Assembly (NCBI GenBank): GCA_964188305.1
Contig: OZ076892.1
Length of the DNA stretch: 64,000 bases
Direction: 5' to 3' (one strand)
Source: Podarcis bocagei
Taxonomy: Eukaryota
Part shown: positions 11,603-31,198 of the stretch, in pieces
How the letters are laid out: each line of letters opens with the position of its first letter
Numbering within the stretch: position 1 is the first letter of the stretch
The notes under the pieces: generated by a model
Told to the model about the DNA's origin: nothing
The model's input: the letters and a program-made list of their open reading frames with translations, nothing else
Database searches by the model: none
Translations under genes and position numbers: made by a program

Positions 11603-13152
11603 CTCCTGCTGCTTTTAACCTCTCCCTCTCTGCTTGCAGTCCTGGCCTTGCTGGTGGCTGCGCTGGAGCATTCCCGCCGTCAGGCCTTCCACAAGGGTCT
11701 CCTGGGGGGCTCTCAGGATGACTTGAGGGACAACATCGTCAACTACAACGAACAAGGCGGCGGAGAAGAGGACCAGGTGAGACCCCAAATTATATGTGGG
11801 GGTGGGGTGGGAGAGCACGGCAGAGAAGGCAGCCTGAACAATTTATGATGGACTTAAAGAACTACGGAACTCCATTCCACAAGTAGCAGCGATCACCAAC
11901 TGGGTTTGGCTTTAAGAGAGGACTAGACAAATTCATGGAAAATGAGACTGCCAATGACTGCTAGCCACAACGGCTGGTAGTAACTCCACTGTTGGAGGCA
12001 GGAGGGCTCTGAATGCCAGTGGCCAAGAATTATGGGTGGGGAGAGGTGATGTCACACTCGGGTCCTCCTTACAGGCTTCCCATTGGCCATAGTGAGAACA
12101 GGATTTTGTATGCATTTTTTATTGGGGGTCTCCCAACTTGAATCCTCCCCTGCTTCTAAACCTCATCTGCCAGGCCCCAGCAGGGCCAAGAAGCCTTGTG
12201 TCTCTCTCTCACACACATCATGGTTGTAAGGTCCCTCTTCCTGCCTTTCAGGATGCCTATGACCTCAACCAGCTACGCAACCCCGACCTCTTCCCCCCAC
12301 CATCTCTTCGGAGCAAGCCGCCGCACCGGAGGGACGCCCCCTACAGCTACGGCCTGCCTCAGTACCCCCGGCGGCTGCCTGCCTGTCCTTCCGACATAGA
12401 GGACTTCATCAATGAGGTACTGATGAGACACATCAGGGGCTGGGAGGATGGCAGCGTGGGGAGAGGAACTGTTGAGGATGGGAGAGGCCAATTGGGGCAG
12501 AGCGGGAAGTAGGGGGGGGAACCCTCCCTGATTTTGGCCACACAGAGCTACCCCCTTCCCAGTTCGGTGCTGGCACAAGTTATCAAGAAGCTGCAGGGCC
12601 TGAAGAAGCAGGAGTGGGGAACCTGGCAAATGGTAGCTGTTGCCGAATTCCTGGCTCCCATCATGCTTGGCCTCTGGCTGTGCTGGGAATTGGGAGTCCA
12701 GCAGTTGCTGCAGAGCTGTAGGCATCGCACCCTTGCGGTGCAAGAGGTAATGGCTAGGAAAAAGGAGGCCTGGCAAGCAGCTAGCTTGCCCTTTTGGCTC
12801 CATGGGGGCTGCAACTAGAACTTTTAAATCTTATTTTAGTCATTTAAAAATTGTATATCCCGCTTGTCACTATCCAAGTCTCAGCTAAGGGGAGAAGGTC
12901 CTTAGAATGTGGTTTGTCTTGGTGGTCCTCTGCTGAGCTCCCCTCCCCCTGCAGGGCCTTGAGGCGGCCGACAGCGACCCCAGTGTGCCTCCATACGACA
13001 CGGCTCTCATCTACGACTACGAGGGTGAAGGCTCGGCTGGCGGCTCGCTCAGCTCCATCCTCTCCAGCTTGGCCGACGAAGACCAGGATTACGACTATCT
13101 CAATGAATGGGGCCCACGATTCCGGCGCCTGGCAGAGCTGTACGGTCAATAG
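2205..13152 (+). CDS. CDH15: Cadherin-15 (M-cadherin), spliced CDS, exons 2-14; 5' partial
   Basis: 13 GT-AG exons join in frame (2283 nt, 760 aa + TAG). Furin site RVKR|[14 protein letters not shown]; FAL in place of HAV in EC1 (LRAFALD), typical of M-cadherin; DRE, DQNDN and DxD calcium motifs; transmembrane helix; GGGEED p120 site; beta-catenin-binding tail ending [14 protein letters not shown]. Confidence 0.97.
3040..3230 (+). mobile_element. tRNA-derived SINE (Squam3-like)
   Basis: A-box-like ggctcagtggcagagc, B-box-like ggttcaaccccc, body cctggagagccactgccagt..gtgtaga; degraded minus-strand copies near 21965-22130, 25500-25665, 30620-30720 and 42800-42920. Confidence 0.7.
3353..3508 (+). 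CDS. CDH15: CDH15 exon 3
   Basis: ttttgtag|ATTAAA...TTTCGG|gtaagg; [22 protein letters not shown]...[10 protein letters not shown]. Confidence 0.95.
3763..3835 (-). mobile_element. CR1 3' terminus fragment
   Basis: agaatcatag...gttggaagagaccccaagggtca...tccaacccctgcaatgcagg; reverse complement of the CR1 tail. Confidence 0.65.
4579..4723 (+). CDS. CDH15: CDH15 exon 4
   Basis: cccag|CTCAGG...CCCAG|gtgggt; [33 protein letters not shown]. Confidence 0.95.
4885..5349 (+). mobile_element. 5'-truncated L1, end of ORF2 plus 3' UTR and poly(A)
   Basis: Translates to [37 protein letters not shown], resembling a squamate L1 ORF2 C-terminus; AATAAA and A-tail; interrupts a Squam3-like SINE. Confidence 0.8.
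5443..5603 (+). CDS. CDH15: CDH15 exon 5
   Basis: ttctcag|GTACC...CGGGAG|gtacaa; [25 protein letters not shown]...FDRE. Confidence 0.95.
5922..5993. repeat. (TC)n(AC)n compound microsatellite
   Basis: Seen directly. Confidence 0.95.
6133..6487 (+). mobile_element. Sauria SINE (lacertid type), full length
   Basis: gggacgcgggtggcgctgtgg head, gtagataaataggtacc core, ACCTTT tail; 14-bp TSD taccatcttttgga / taccgtcttttgga. Confidence 0.9.
6937..7065 (+). CDS. CDH15: CDH15 exon 6
   Basis: acgcag|GTCGTC...AAAGAG|gtgggg; [19 protein letters not shown]...[10 protein letters not shown]. Confidence 0.95.
7592..7777 (+). CDS. CDH15: CDH15 exon 7
   Basis: cttgcag|TTCTCC...GTGAAG|gtaagg; FSMEAPEN...[21 protein letters not shown]. 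Confidence 0.95.
8344..8597 (+). CDS. CDH15: CDH15 exon 8
   Basis: cgtcag|GCCCTC...CTCAG|gtgagc; ALNHEE...LDANEAPFF...ASDPD. Confidence 0.95.
9265..9404 (+). CDS. CDH15: CDH15 exon 9
   Basis: cctcag|GTAC...AATG|gtgaga; [15 protein letters not shown]...[13 protein letters not shown]. Confidence 0.93.
9508..9726 (+). CDS. CDH15: CDH15 exon 10
   Basis: tgtctag|GAAAC...AATG|gtaacc; [22 protein letters not shown]...[13 protein letters not shown]. Confidence 0.95.
9975..10385 (+). mobile_element. 5'-truncated L1-mobilised retroelement 3' end
   Basis: Exact 19-bp TSD AAAGTGGCAGCTAGGCTCA (9956-9974 and 10386-10404) at a TT|AAAG site; AATAAA and A-tail. Confidence 0.88.
10631..10870 (+). CDS. CDH15: CDH15 exon 11 (end of EC5, transmembrane start)
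   Basis: cttacag|ACACC...TTGC|gtaagt; ISDSGTPP...VSVCACD...[14 protein letters not shown]. Confidence 0.95.
11555..11600. repeat. (AC)n microsatellite
   Basis: Seen directly. Confidence 0.95.
11640..11776 (+). CDS. CDH15: CDH15 exon 12 (juxtamembrane, p120 site)
   Basis: cttgcag|TCCTG...GACCAG|gtgaga; [20 protein letters not shown]. Confidence 0.95.
12252..12416 (+). CDS. CDH15: CDH15 exon 13
   Basis: ctttcag|GATGCC...AATGAG|gtactg; [11 protein letters not shown]...[10 protein letters not shown]. Confidence 0.95.
12955..13152 (+). CDS. CDH15: CDH15 exon 14, coding part (beta-catenin-binding tail)
   Basis: cctgcag|GGCCTT...CAATAG; [24 protein letters not shown]...[20 protein letters not shown]. 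Confidence 0.96.
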   Translation, partial: GLEAADSDPSVPPYDTALIYDYEGEGSAGGSLSSILSSLADEDQDYDYLNEWGPRFRRLAELYGQ

Positions 13153-13812
13153 CGGGGATAGGGGAAAGATGGGGGGCGGGAAGGGGAGAGGAGAGGCCGT
13201 TCCAGCAGCCAAGTATGTGCTGGACTCTGCCAGCTGTGGACAGAGACCACGCAGCCCAGTTACTCTCTTGGTCTTTGGCTGGCCCCACTACCAGCAAACC
13301 CCCCTCCTCTCAGCAGCTGCTGCTGCAGTAGTTATGGGGGTCACTTCCTGTTATGCCACCTACTTCCCCAGGCAGCCATCTTGCAGATGATAACCACTGC
13401 CCACTGTGGGGAAGGAGGGGACCAGCGACCCTTAAACCCAGGTGCTCCAGGAAGTCAGCACCATGTCCTGGGAAGAGCCAGCCCAAAGCAGGGAGGGAAG
13501 GCAATGCTAGTCACAGAGTCCCAGGCACAGATAGGGATGAGGGCCCTTTGCTATAGGCCCTCTGGCCATTCTCACCCAAGGCTCTGAGCAAAACAACCTA
13601 GGTTGGGAAAATTGGGTAGGGGGGAGAAGACCGTAGCAGGAGCCCCCAGATGAAGGGACATCCACTGGGCTAGATGGGGGCTCTGGACCCCCCCTTCCTG
13701 CGCAGGCTAAGGCAGAAGACTCAAGACACTTTGCTGGGCCCCAGTTGCACCCCTTAGGAAAGAGATCCAGGATGCTTTGGAACAGTGAGGGAAGGAAGGC
13801 AGGCCAGCTGGA

Positions 13813-13818
13813 AATAAA
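13813..13818 (+). terminator. Poly(A) signal AATAAA of CDH15
   Basis: First AATAAA seen after the CDH15 stop; followed by GT- and T-rich sequence. Confidence 0.75.
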
Positions 13819-13856
13819 GCAGTTGAAGATGGAGCTACAAAGGTGTCACACAGTTT

Positions 13857-13862
13857 TTTATT
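13857..13862 (-). terminator. Poly(A) signal AATAAA of SLC22A31
   Basis: TTTATT on +, about 300 nt downstream of the SLC22A31 stop. Confidence 0.75.
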
Positions 13863-14165
13863 AGAAGTGCTTGGGGGCACCAGAGCCTATAAGGCACCAA
13901 GGGTAGGGCTGCAGTGGCTCTTTCCCTGCGAGACGGAGAGAGGAGAATCCAAAAAGCTGGCGCCCTCCAGGTGTTTTGGACTACAACTCCCATACTAGCC
14001 CCAAACGTCTGGGGGGCAAGAGGCAGATGATCCTGTGTGACGGCCAGCCGCCCTCTGTGCTCACAGCCTCACTCCAGTTTTTAGGAACGTGGTGCAGTCC
14101 TTCAATGGGGTGGCAGGGGGACTTAAACACCCTCCTCGCTGCCCCAAGGCATGCAGTCCAGGCCA

Positions 14166-23368
<9,203 letters not shown>

Positions 23369-23859
23369 GCGCCGCGGGCAGGACGGTCACCTGGAGCAAA
23401 AGAGCAGCGCCGCCGGGCTGGCTCGCTAGTTAGGCGGCCGCGGTGGGGCGGGTGCTTAAGGAGGCCGGCCGGAGGGAGCCGCCCCCTGGGAGCACGGAAG
23501 GAGGAAAGGACCGGGGAGCGCACGGCGAAGCAGCGACCCTCGACGGTCCTCGCCCCGGTGCCGCCGCTCGCTTCCTCCCTCTCGGCCTGACTGCGCCAAG
23601 AGAGCCGTCGAGGGAAAGCAGCCGGGATAAAGGAGGGCTGCTTGCGGCTCCCGCTTTTTAGACGGCCCGCTAGCCGACGCAGACACAAGCCTTTCCTCCT
23701 CCTCAGCGCCGCCTACTGGTTCTCGTCCGCCCCGTCGCGTAAGGACGTAAGCAGGCGTACCGGTTGGATTCTTCAAAGGATTCCGGACACGTTTCCCTAA
23801 GATTTGCCTGTTGATTTACCTGAGAAAACAAGGTGGTGGGTTGGCAACATATATTCGCG

Positions 23860-24140
23860 TGATAGTAATAAAATTTCAAAGCGGTTTACAAAAAGGATAA
23901 AACAATAAAGTTATCAGTAAGAAAAAATCCCAGTTAAAATTACTCTCTATATTATTCAAAAATAATTAAAATAAACTAAAAACTAAAAACAAAAACAAAA
24001 CAGAAGATTAAAGCACATTACAACATTCTGCATGTCTGGGTAGATTTGCCTAAACAAAAATAGTTTAGCAGGTGCCCAAAAGAGTCATTGAAGACACCTG
24101 CCTGATTGTGATAGGCAGGGAGTTCCAAAGTGTGAGTGCT
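23860..24140 (-). mobile_element. L2 LINE 3' fragment
   Basis: Resembles squamate L2 3' ends in reverse (aaagcggtttaca ... ggcagggagttccaaagtgt). Confidence 0.55.
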
Positions 24141-24358
24141 GTAGGCAAAATAAAACCCTTTTCTCCCTTCAAAAGCAGGAGGGAGATTGAGGATCATTGC
24201 AGAAGTCCCACCCCCTTAGATCAAGAGCCTGGCTGGAGCAGACTTTTTGGGGCGAGCCATCCAGCCCAGTACTGTGTCCTGGACCCTAGAAGGAGAAGCC
24301 AGGCAGATTCCTCTGCAAAGCTCACCCACCAGCCTTGCAAATTACTGTGTGTGTGTGT

Positions 24359-24453
24359 CAAAATAAAAAAATTCCTTCCAGTAGCACCTTAAAGACCAAC
24401 TAAGTTAGTTCTTGGTATGAGCTTTCGTGTGCATGCACACTTCTTCAGATACA
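24359..24453. mobile_element. Penelope-like terminal fragment flanked by (TG)n
   Basis: ccagtagcaccttaaagaccaac...gagctttcgtg...cacttcttcagatac resembles reptile Penelope termini. Confidence 0.55.
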
Positions 24454-24454
24454 C

Positions 24455-24466
24455 TGTGTGTGTGTG

Positions 24467-24499
<33 letters not shown>

Positions 24500-24509
24500 G
24501 TGTGCGTGT
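24455..24509. repeat. (TG)n(CGTG)n alternating purine-pyrimidine tract
   Basis: Seen directly. Confidence 0.9.
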
Positions 24510-25066
24510 CCAGCATTCTTCCTTTGGACATTGTGGAGGATAGAGTGGGCTGCATCTGATAAAACAGGCTGCAGTCCACTAAGCCAAAACAGGTAGCCTT
24601 TAAGGCAATTCCACAAGACTCTTTGTTGTCATTGATCCTGCGAGAGTAATAATACACTTTTTAAACCACCCTTCAACCAAGTTTCCTTGGGCACCACCAG
24701 CTTCTGACTCATATAGGGACCAAAGCTGCCTCTTGGCTGTGCTTCTGCCCTGAAGCTGGATTAGACCAAAGTCCCATCTAGCCCCCCCCCCCCCCCGCGT
24801 TCTTCAGATGCCAACCAGATGCCCACAGGAAGCCTGCAAGCAGGATGTGATCTCCCTCCCTCCTGTGATTTTTAGCCACTGGCTTTCAGAAGCATCACTG
24901 TCTCCTACAGTGGGTGTAGAACACAGCCTTGTCCTCCATGATTTTACCCAAGCCTTTTACAGCTATACTATCACTACAAACTGTAGGAGCCAGTTTGGCA
25001 GTTTAACTTCACTTTGTTAAGAAGTGCTTCCTTTTGTCTGCCCTGCATTTTCCTGCATTCAGCTCC

Positions 25067-25224
25067 CATGAGCACAGCCAAGGGGGAGCAGGGAGGAGCA
25101 GCTGCCCCCCCCATCAATAAAAATAAATAAAAACATAGCTAACTAAGGTTCTGCTGCCCCCCAACAAGACCTGCACTCCCTAACAAAAGGCTTGCCCCCC
25201 CAAAAAATCCTGGCTACGCCCATG
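25067..25224. mobile_element. Short MITE with imperfect TIRs
   Basis: catgagcacagccaagg ... cctggctacgcccatg. Confidence 0.55.
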
Positions 25225-26581
25225 TCATCTTTATTGGATGGCCTCTCCCACTACATTAAGGAAGACTCTGCAGGACCCAGGAAAGATGGTAGGAGGTCAT
25301 ACATAGGCCCTTTACCTGGCCTGATGAGTGCACCATTTAGCTTGGTGTGCCCTTGTAATAAGAAACTAGAACAGGCAGGTGCTGCAATTTGACCCAATAT
25401 TCTTTCGCAAAGAGCCCCCTCCAAACCCAGGATCTGCACCCAAATGTAAACTCCAACCTGCTTACAGCTACTTCCTTTTGTTTTTAGGAAAATAGGAAGT
25501 TGTCTTATTATACCAAGTCAGGCCATCTAGCTCAGCACTGCTAACACATAGTGGCTCTCTTGTTTGTGTTTCAGACAAGGCACATCCACAGTCTTATCTG
25601 GAGACATCATGGATTGAACCTGGGTCCTGCTCTGTGCAAAGCAGATGTTCAACCACTGAGCTACAACCCCTCCCTATTTCTAGTCTTTAAAAATCCCCAT
25701 GCTTCCCCCCCCCAAAAAAAATTAAAGTGTTTTACATATTACTCCATAGCAGAACGAACTGCTGGTGGTAGAGCTTTGCAGTTGCCTTTTAGGGAAATGA
25801 GGAGCGGCCTTCCCATCTGTTATTGCATAAAAACAGACACAGAGTTTGAAACCACTCACCAGCCACCTAAAGTCCTAGAAACACCCTGCCTGAGAGTCAC
25901 ATGATCCCAGGGACTGGTCAGCTTTCCCTCCCTGGCTTCCTGCCTCTTAGACTCACCTTTCCCAAGGTAGTGGGGGTGGGGTGGGGAAATGTCTCCATGT
26001 TGCAATGCAGACTTAAATGTTAATTCCTAAATGGTGATGGGGGGCAGGGGCAGGGAGTGCAGAGTCAAGAAGAGGCATTGCTTTTAACTTTGCCCAGTGA
26101 GAAGGCTCAGAGACAGCAGTTGAGGTTGCACAGTTGGGACATAGTGGCTGCTGATAAAAAGGCCCTTTGTTCTAAGGGCCCCTCCCTGTCTGTAAATGGA
26201 GCTCTTATCAATTTACTCATCTGGGCAGGGAGAGAGAATCTGGGGAAGAGGGAGGAAAGATTATTAGCACTCTAGCAGCTGAGACAGAGAAGGAGCAAGC
26301 ACATTCCGGTCAAGCAGCTTTCTTTCGGCTACTACCTCTGATTGTATCCTATATCAGGTTTCAGCTTGCCAAGTGTGTTTGACAAGTGCTGCTGTGCTTG
26401 CTCCAAACAGCCTCCACTCCCGCAAGAAGCTTGTCACTGCACCTCAACAGACTGGGGGACTGTGGGGCCGTCAGACTAGTCACGGTGAATCTTAACACAA
26501 GTATTGCAGGGCAAAGGCTGGTTCTGTCTACTGGGACATGTTGGCTGTATGCATACCATTCATTTAATGCTCATTCCCCCC

Positions 26582-26620
<39 letters not shown>

Positions 26621-29349
26621 AACAAACAAACAAAAAACAATCCCAGGAACAGCTACAATTCCCAGCATCCTTAACAAACTACAGTTCCCAGGATCCTTTT
26701 TTTGTGTGGGAGCAGGGGCAGAGAATGTACTTTAAATGTGTTCTGTGTTTTTTCAGCCTACATTGAAGTTATCTCCCTCCAGCAAAACAACTACATTAGT
26801 TCATGTCAGCGTTGTCTTTAAATATTCTGTCCCCCAGGTGATAGAAATTGCTAAACATCAGAATCTCACCCAGTGCTAAGACATGTCCTGAAAATCGCTC
26901 TTTATATCTCCGGACTGTTTGGCAATTTGACCCACTTCAAATTCTTGTTTGCAGAGGTGAATCAGGATGCTATTTCATCGCTCCAAAGTGCTCTGAGAGG
27001 ACACAACACAGCCAGCTTTTGTCTCACCAGCTGATTATTCCAGCAAAACAAATCTTTAGAACATGGCAAGCTGAGCTGCAGCAACAGATCCTGTGAAACT
27101 TTGTCCGTGTGGATCAAATCCCAGGGTTAACTGCAGGAAATAGCCTGCCATCATCAAAATAATTGTTGGCAGGGGTCGCCCTCAACTGTGACTGTTCTGA
27201 GAACTCCTTTTAAAAATTATTTTTAAGGGAAGGAAACACGGCTCTATATTGTCAGCCTCTTGGGTCTATCTAGCCCTGTATTGTATACACCTGATCCAGC
27301 CCCCAAGCAATTTTTGCTTTCCCTCTCTGCAAGACCTCTCATTTGAGTAGCAGTGGAGAAGAACAGCCCCTTGATGGGGATGCAAACCGTCACCTTCCTG
27401 GTTGTCAGGTTGATCATTTAACAAGGGAAGAGGGAGCAGCACCTGCTTGTTTGAGGCAGTGGGGTGTCCAACATCTGCTGCAAGGATTCAGACAGGGGGA
27501 TGCAAGGAACAGAGCGTCTCTGTCACTTTGAGCTCCTTGGAGGAAAAAAATGGAATATAAATGCAATAAATAAATAATAGACCACCCTGAGCTGGATGGA
27601 TCAATGATCTGATACCAGGTGAGGCCGTTTCTTGTGTTTCCAGGTCTTGCAAAATTCAGAGTGCCTTGAGCCAGAAACACGCTTTCTTACCAGTGAAGAA
27701 ATGGAAACCTTGCAATGAGGAAGTGACAACTCTTTCACAATCTTTGCAGCAAACCTCACGATGCGTGGCTAAAACAGCCCTCTGAGCATCTTAAGAGGAA
27801 GGATCGGCACAAAGGTGTTAAACAAAGTGTCCCATTCCATTCCCACCCTGGTAATTAATATTTCCAGAATAGCAAGACACTGGCCACACACTAAGCAGAA
27901 AAGACGACATATTTTCTCCAGATCCCCAGCTGATCCCAAGGGGGCTAGAAGTAGCTTTTAATTGTTAAGCCACCTTGGTCACTTTACATGGAAAAGCAGA
28001 GTCTAAATGTAATAAAACAGTAGGTTACCTCTGCTGCAGCTGCTGCTAATCTTCTCTGCTCCCTGCCATGACCTCCCTGCAAGCTGTGGCTGTGCTACAA
28101 GCAGCTGGGATTTCAGCCCTTTTGATCAGCCTCTGTCTGGTGAGCAAGTTTCAGCAAATTGCTGGTGACACCTAGTGGTGCAAGACGAAAGTTCGCTGTG
28201 CACCTGTTTGTATATATAGCAAACTTCACTAGCCTGTCTTCTTCCACCAGTCGCAGCTAGCCCAAAACATCTGGAAGCCACAAAGCTGATGCTGTCAGGG
28301 ACTCTGGGAACTCTCACCTTGCACTCTTTATTGCTGTGCATGGCTGTCTCCTATTTATGCCTCCAACTCTGCAAATTGCCAATAAAAGAATGCCAATTTG
28401 AGGGGAGTCTTTGGCCCGACCCAGCAGGGTTCTTCTTATGTTCATAGGCATAGCCTGGAGTGAAGCTATAACTCAGCAGCAGAATATGTGGCTTGGACTG
28501 AAGAGGTTCCAGCTTCAATCACAGCACATCCCGGTTTATTAGTCATTCATTTATTCAATTTATTCCTTCCTCCCAAAGGAGCCCACGGTGGCAAGAAAAG
28601 TGATAAAACAACAACATCACCATAAGCATGCCCGTGAGTCAAGAAACAATGCTAGAATAGATAGTCCAACTCAGCATAAGACAAGCTTGTAAATGTTCAT
28701 CTCCCTCTCCCCAGACCTCATCTTTATTTTATTGCATCTACATCCCACCTTCCCTCCAAGCTCCAGGTGGCATATGAGGGTTTCCCTTTCCCCCATTTTA
28801 TCCTCACAACAACCCTGTGAGGTAGGTTAGGCTGAGCAGCAGCAACTGGTCCAAGGTCGCACAGTGAGTTTCGGGGTTGTTTGGGAATTTTGTACCCTAT
28901 TCATGCCTCTTTCCCAAGATATGCTCACTGGGGTTGGAATTGCATCACTTTGGTGATTCTGTATGGCAGGGACGGGCAACCTGAAGTCAAATGTTGACTG
29001 CAATTATCAGCTGCCAATTATCCCAAACTTATTGACCATGGTGGTCACAGCTGCCAAGAGTTGCTGTTCTCCATCCCTACTGGACAGCACCTAATGGCAG
29101 TGGCACTAGATACACAGAGCAGTTGTAGTGAATGCACACACACACAGAGTGGTGGTGAACACACTATCCCTGCCCTCCCTCATACAATTCGGCATTTGTC
29201 AAGACAAGCTTCATGGAAGAGCCTCACCAAAACATGAAGGAAAACACCTGTGGGATGCTAACATGCCTGGCCTTGTAGTATTGTAGAGAATACGGCTCAT
29301 GTATTTGTGTGTGTAAACCAGGTGTGGGTAACCCTTTGAGTGTCTAGAT

Positions 29350-29670
29350 CAGGGGTCAGCAAACTTTTTCAGCAGGGGGGCGGTCCACTGTCCCTCAGAC
29401 ATTGTGGGGGGGCAGACTCTATTTTGAAAAAAATAATGAAGGAATTCCTATGCCCCACAAATAACCCAGAGATGCATTTTAAACAAAAGCACACATTCTA
29501 CTCATGTAAAAATACTAGGCAGGCCCCACAAATAACCCAAGGATGCATTTTAAATAAAAGGACACATTCTACTCATGTAAAACCATGCTGATTCCCGGAC
29601 CGTCCACGGGCCAGATATAGAAGGTGATTAGGCCGGATCCGGCCCCCGGGCCTTAGTTTGCCTACCCATG
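29350..29670. mobile_element. hAT (Charlie-like) MITE nested in an older palindromic MITE
   Basis: Exact 8-bp TSD GTCTAGAT (29342-29349 and 29671-29678); TIRs CAGGGGTCAGCAAACT / AGTTTGCCTACCCATG; internal duplication of about 60 bp. Confidence 0.9.
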
Positions 29671-31192
29671 GTCTAGATGTTGAACTACAAATCCCATCAG
29701 CCGCAACAAGCCTGGTCAATGGCTATGAATAATAAGAGCTGCGGCTCAGCATCTCAAGGGCCAAAAATTCACCACACCCGGTGAAGGGAAAGAAGAGGGG
29801 TTATTTACAAGATCTGTTGATGCTGTGTGTTAGAAAATGGATTCTTCTGTGTGGATGCAGTCTATTCCTTCATGACCTTTGCATGGGACCTGTGCTTGTG
29901 TGGAGAGATGTTGCAAAATGCTAGAGGTAGAAAGTAGGAACAGATGCTCTGAGCTCTCCCTTAAGGGAAGAACTTAGTTCTTTTGGCGTGTTATGGCCAC
30001 TCAGAGCATTTTATCCAATGCCTAATCCCAGTTCAGTCCTCACAGTTCCTTTGAATTAAGAGGAGGGGCCACTAAGTGAACCAAAAAAAGGGGTGCTCCA
30101 GGTGATGTACACCTGGATCCCAACCCCCATTTTTTGGTTTTAGAAGCTAAGCAGAGAAGCCAGCATTAAGACCTTGAAAGGTGAGTGAGTCAGGCCAGCC
30201 ACGTCTGGCGTCTTCATGGCTGAAGCTTGCATTTTTCAATAAAAACTTGTGGTATAGATCTGGCATTGCTCTATTCTTGAAAACACACAAGGCGGCAGCA
30301 TATATCCAAGGCTGTGCATTTAATGTGGTATAAAAGGGGCAGGGGGAAGAACAGAGTTGGATCCAGACTAAACTAGTTATGCTTTAGAACCAATGAAATC
30401 AAGTGGCAAGTTAGTTGTCTAACTTTGGTTTCAGTGGGGCGAAGTATGGATTAAACCCACATAATTTGCATAAACACAAAAGGCAGGACGGAAATTGTTC
30501 AGGTCAAGATTGATGGATGTACTGGATGTGATGAGCCTGTCCTGCAGCTGGGGCTACACTAAAGGGCAAAGGAAACTGCATTTTACAGTCAGATACCTGA
30601 TCCTACTAGCACAGTAATCTACACTGATTGGCAGCAGCTCTCCAGGGTTGCAGGCAGGAATATTTCACAGTCTTGCCTGGGGAATGAGCCTGGGATCTTC
30701 TGCAGTGCAGAGCAACTAGAGAATCCCAGCTGCCCACCCAAATACCCTTGGTATCTGCTAGAATGACACAGGTGAGATTTTACCTTGCCTGCCCAAGATG
30801 GTATGTTGTAGGAGGGAGAGTTGAATCTTGGGGATCTGGGTTCAAACCTCACTCCAGACATGGACTGATTCTATCCCTGTCTGTATCTGTAAAAACAGAC
30901 ATGCATGAGGACTTAATAGTACAAGAGTATGTGGAACACTTTGCCCAAAAAGTCTGGATCAGTCATCGCCAACTTGGTGCCCTCCAAGTGTTCTGGAATG
31001 CAATTCCTATCAGTCCCAACTCCCAGGGATGATGGGAATTGTAGCCCAAAACATCTGGCAGGCACCAGGTTGGTAAAGACTGAAGCCTGGGTACACAAAG
31101 AAGATGGTGTTCACCTCTTAAACTGGACGCAACACTAATATCTCGGCAAAGCTGGAGAAATTAAGAGCCCAGTTGTTGTTTTTTTATAAAAA

Positions 31193-31198
31193 TTTATT
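31193..31198 (-). terminator. Candidate distal poly(A) signal of ANKRD11
   Basis: AATAAA on - preceded by a dense cluster of TGTA motifs; ends a long stretch with no recognisable transposon. Confidence 0.6.

Noticed and set aside
29452-29582. CRISPR-like direct repeats or any prokaryotic system
   Set aside because: Only two units, inside a MITE; the window is vertebrate intron-exon DNA with no repeat-spacer array or cas-like ORF.
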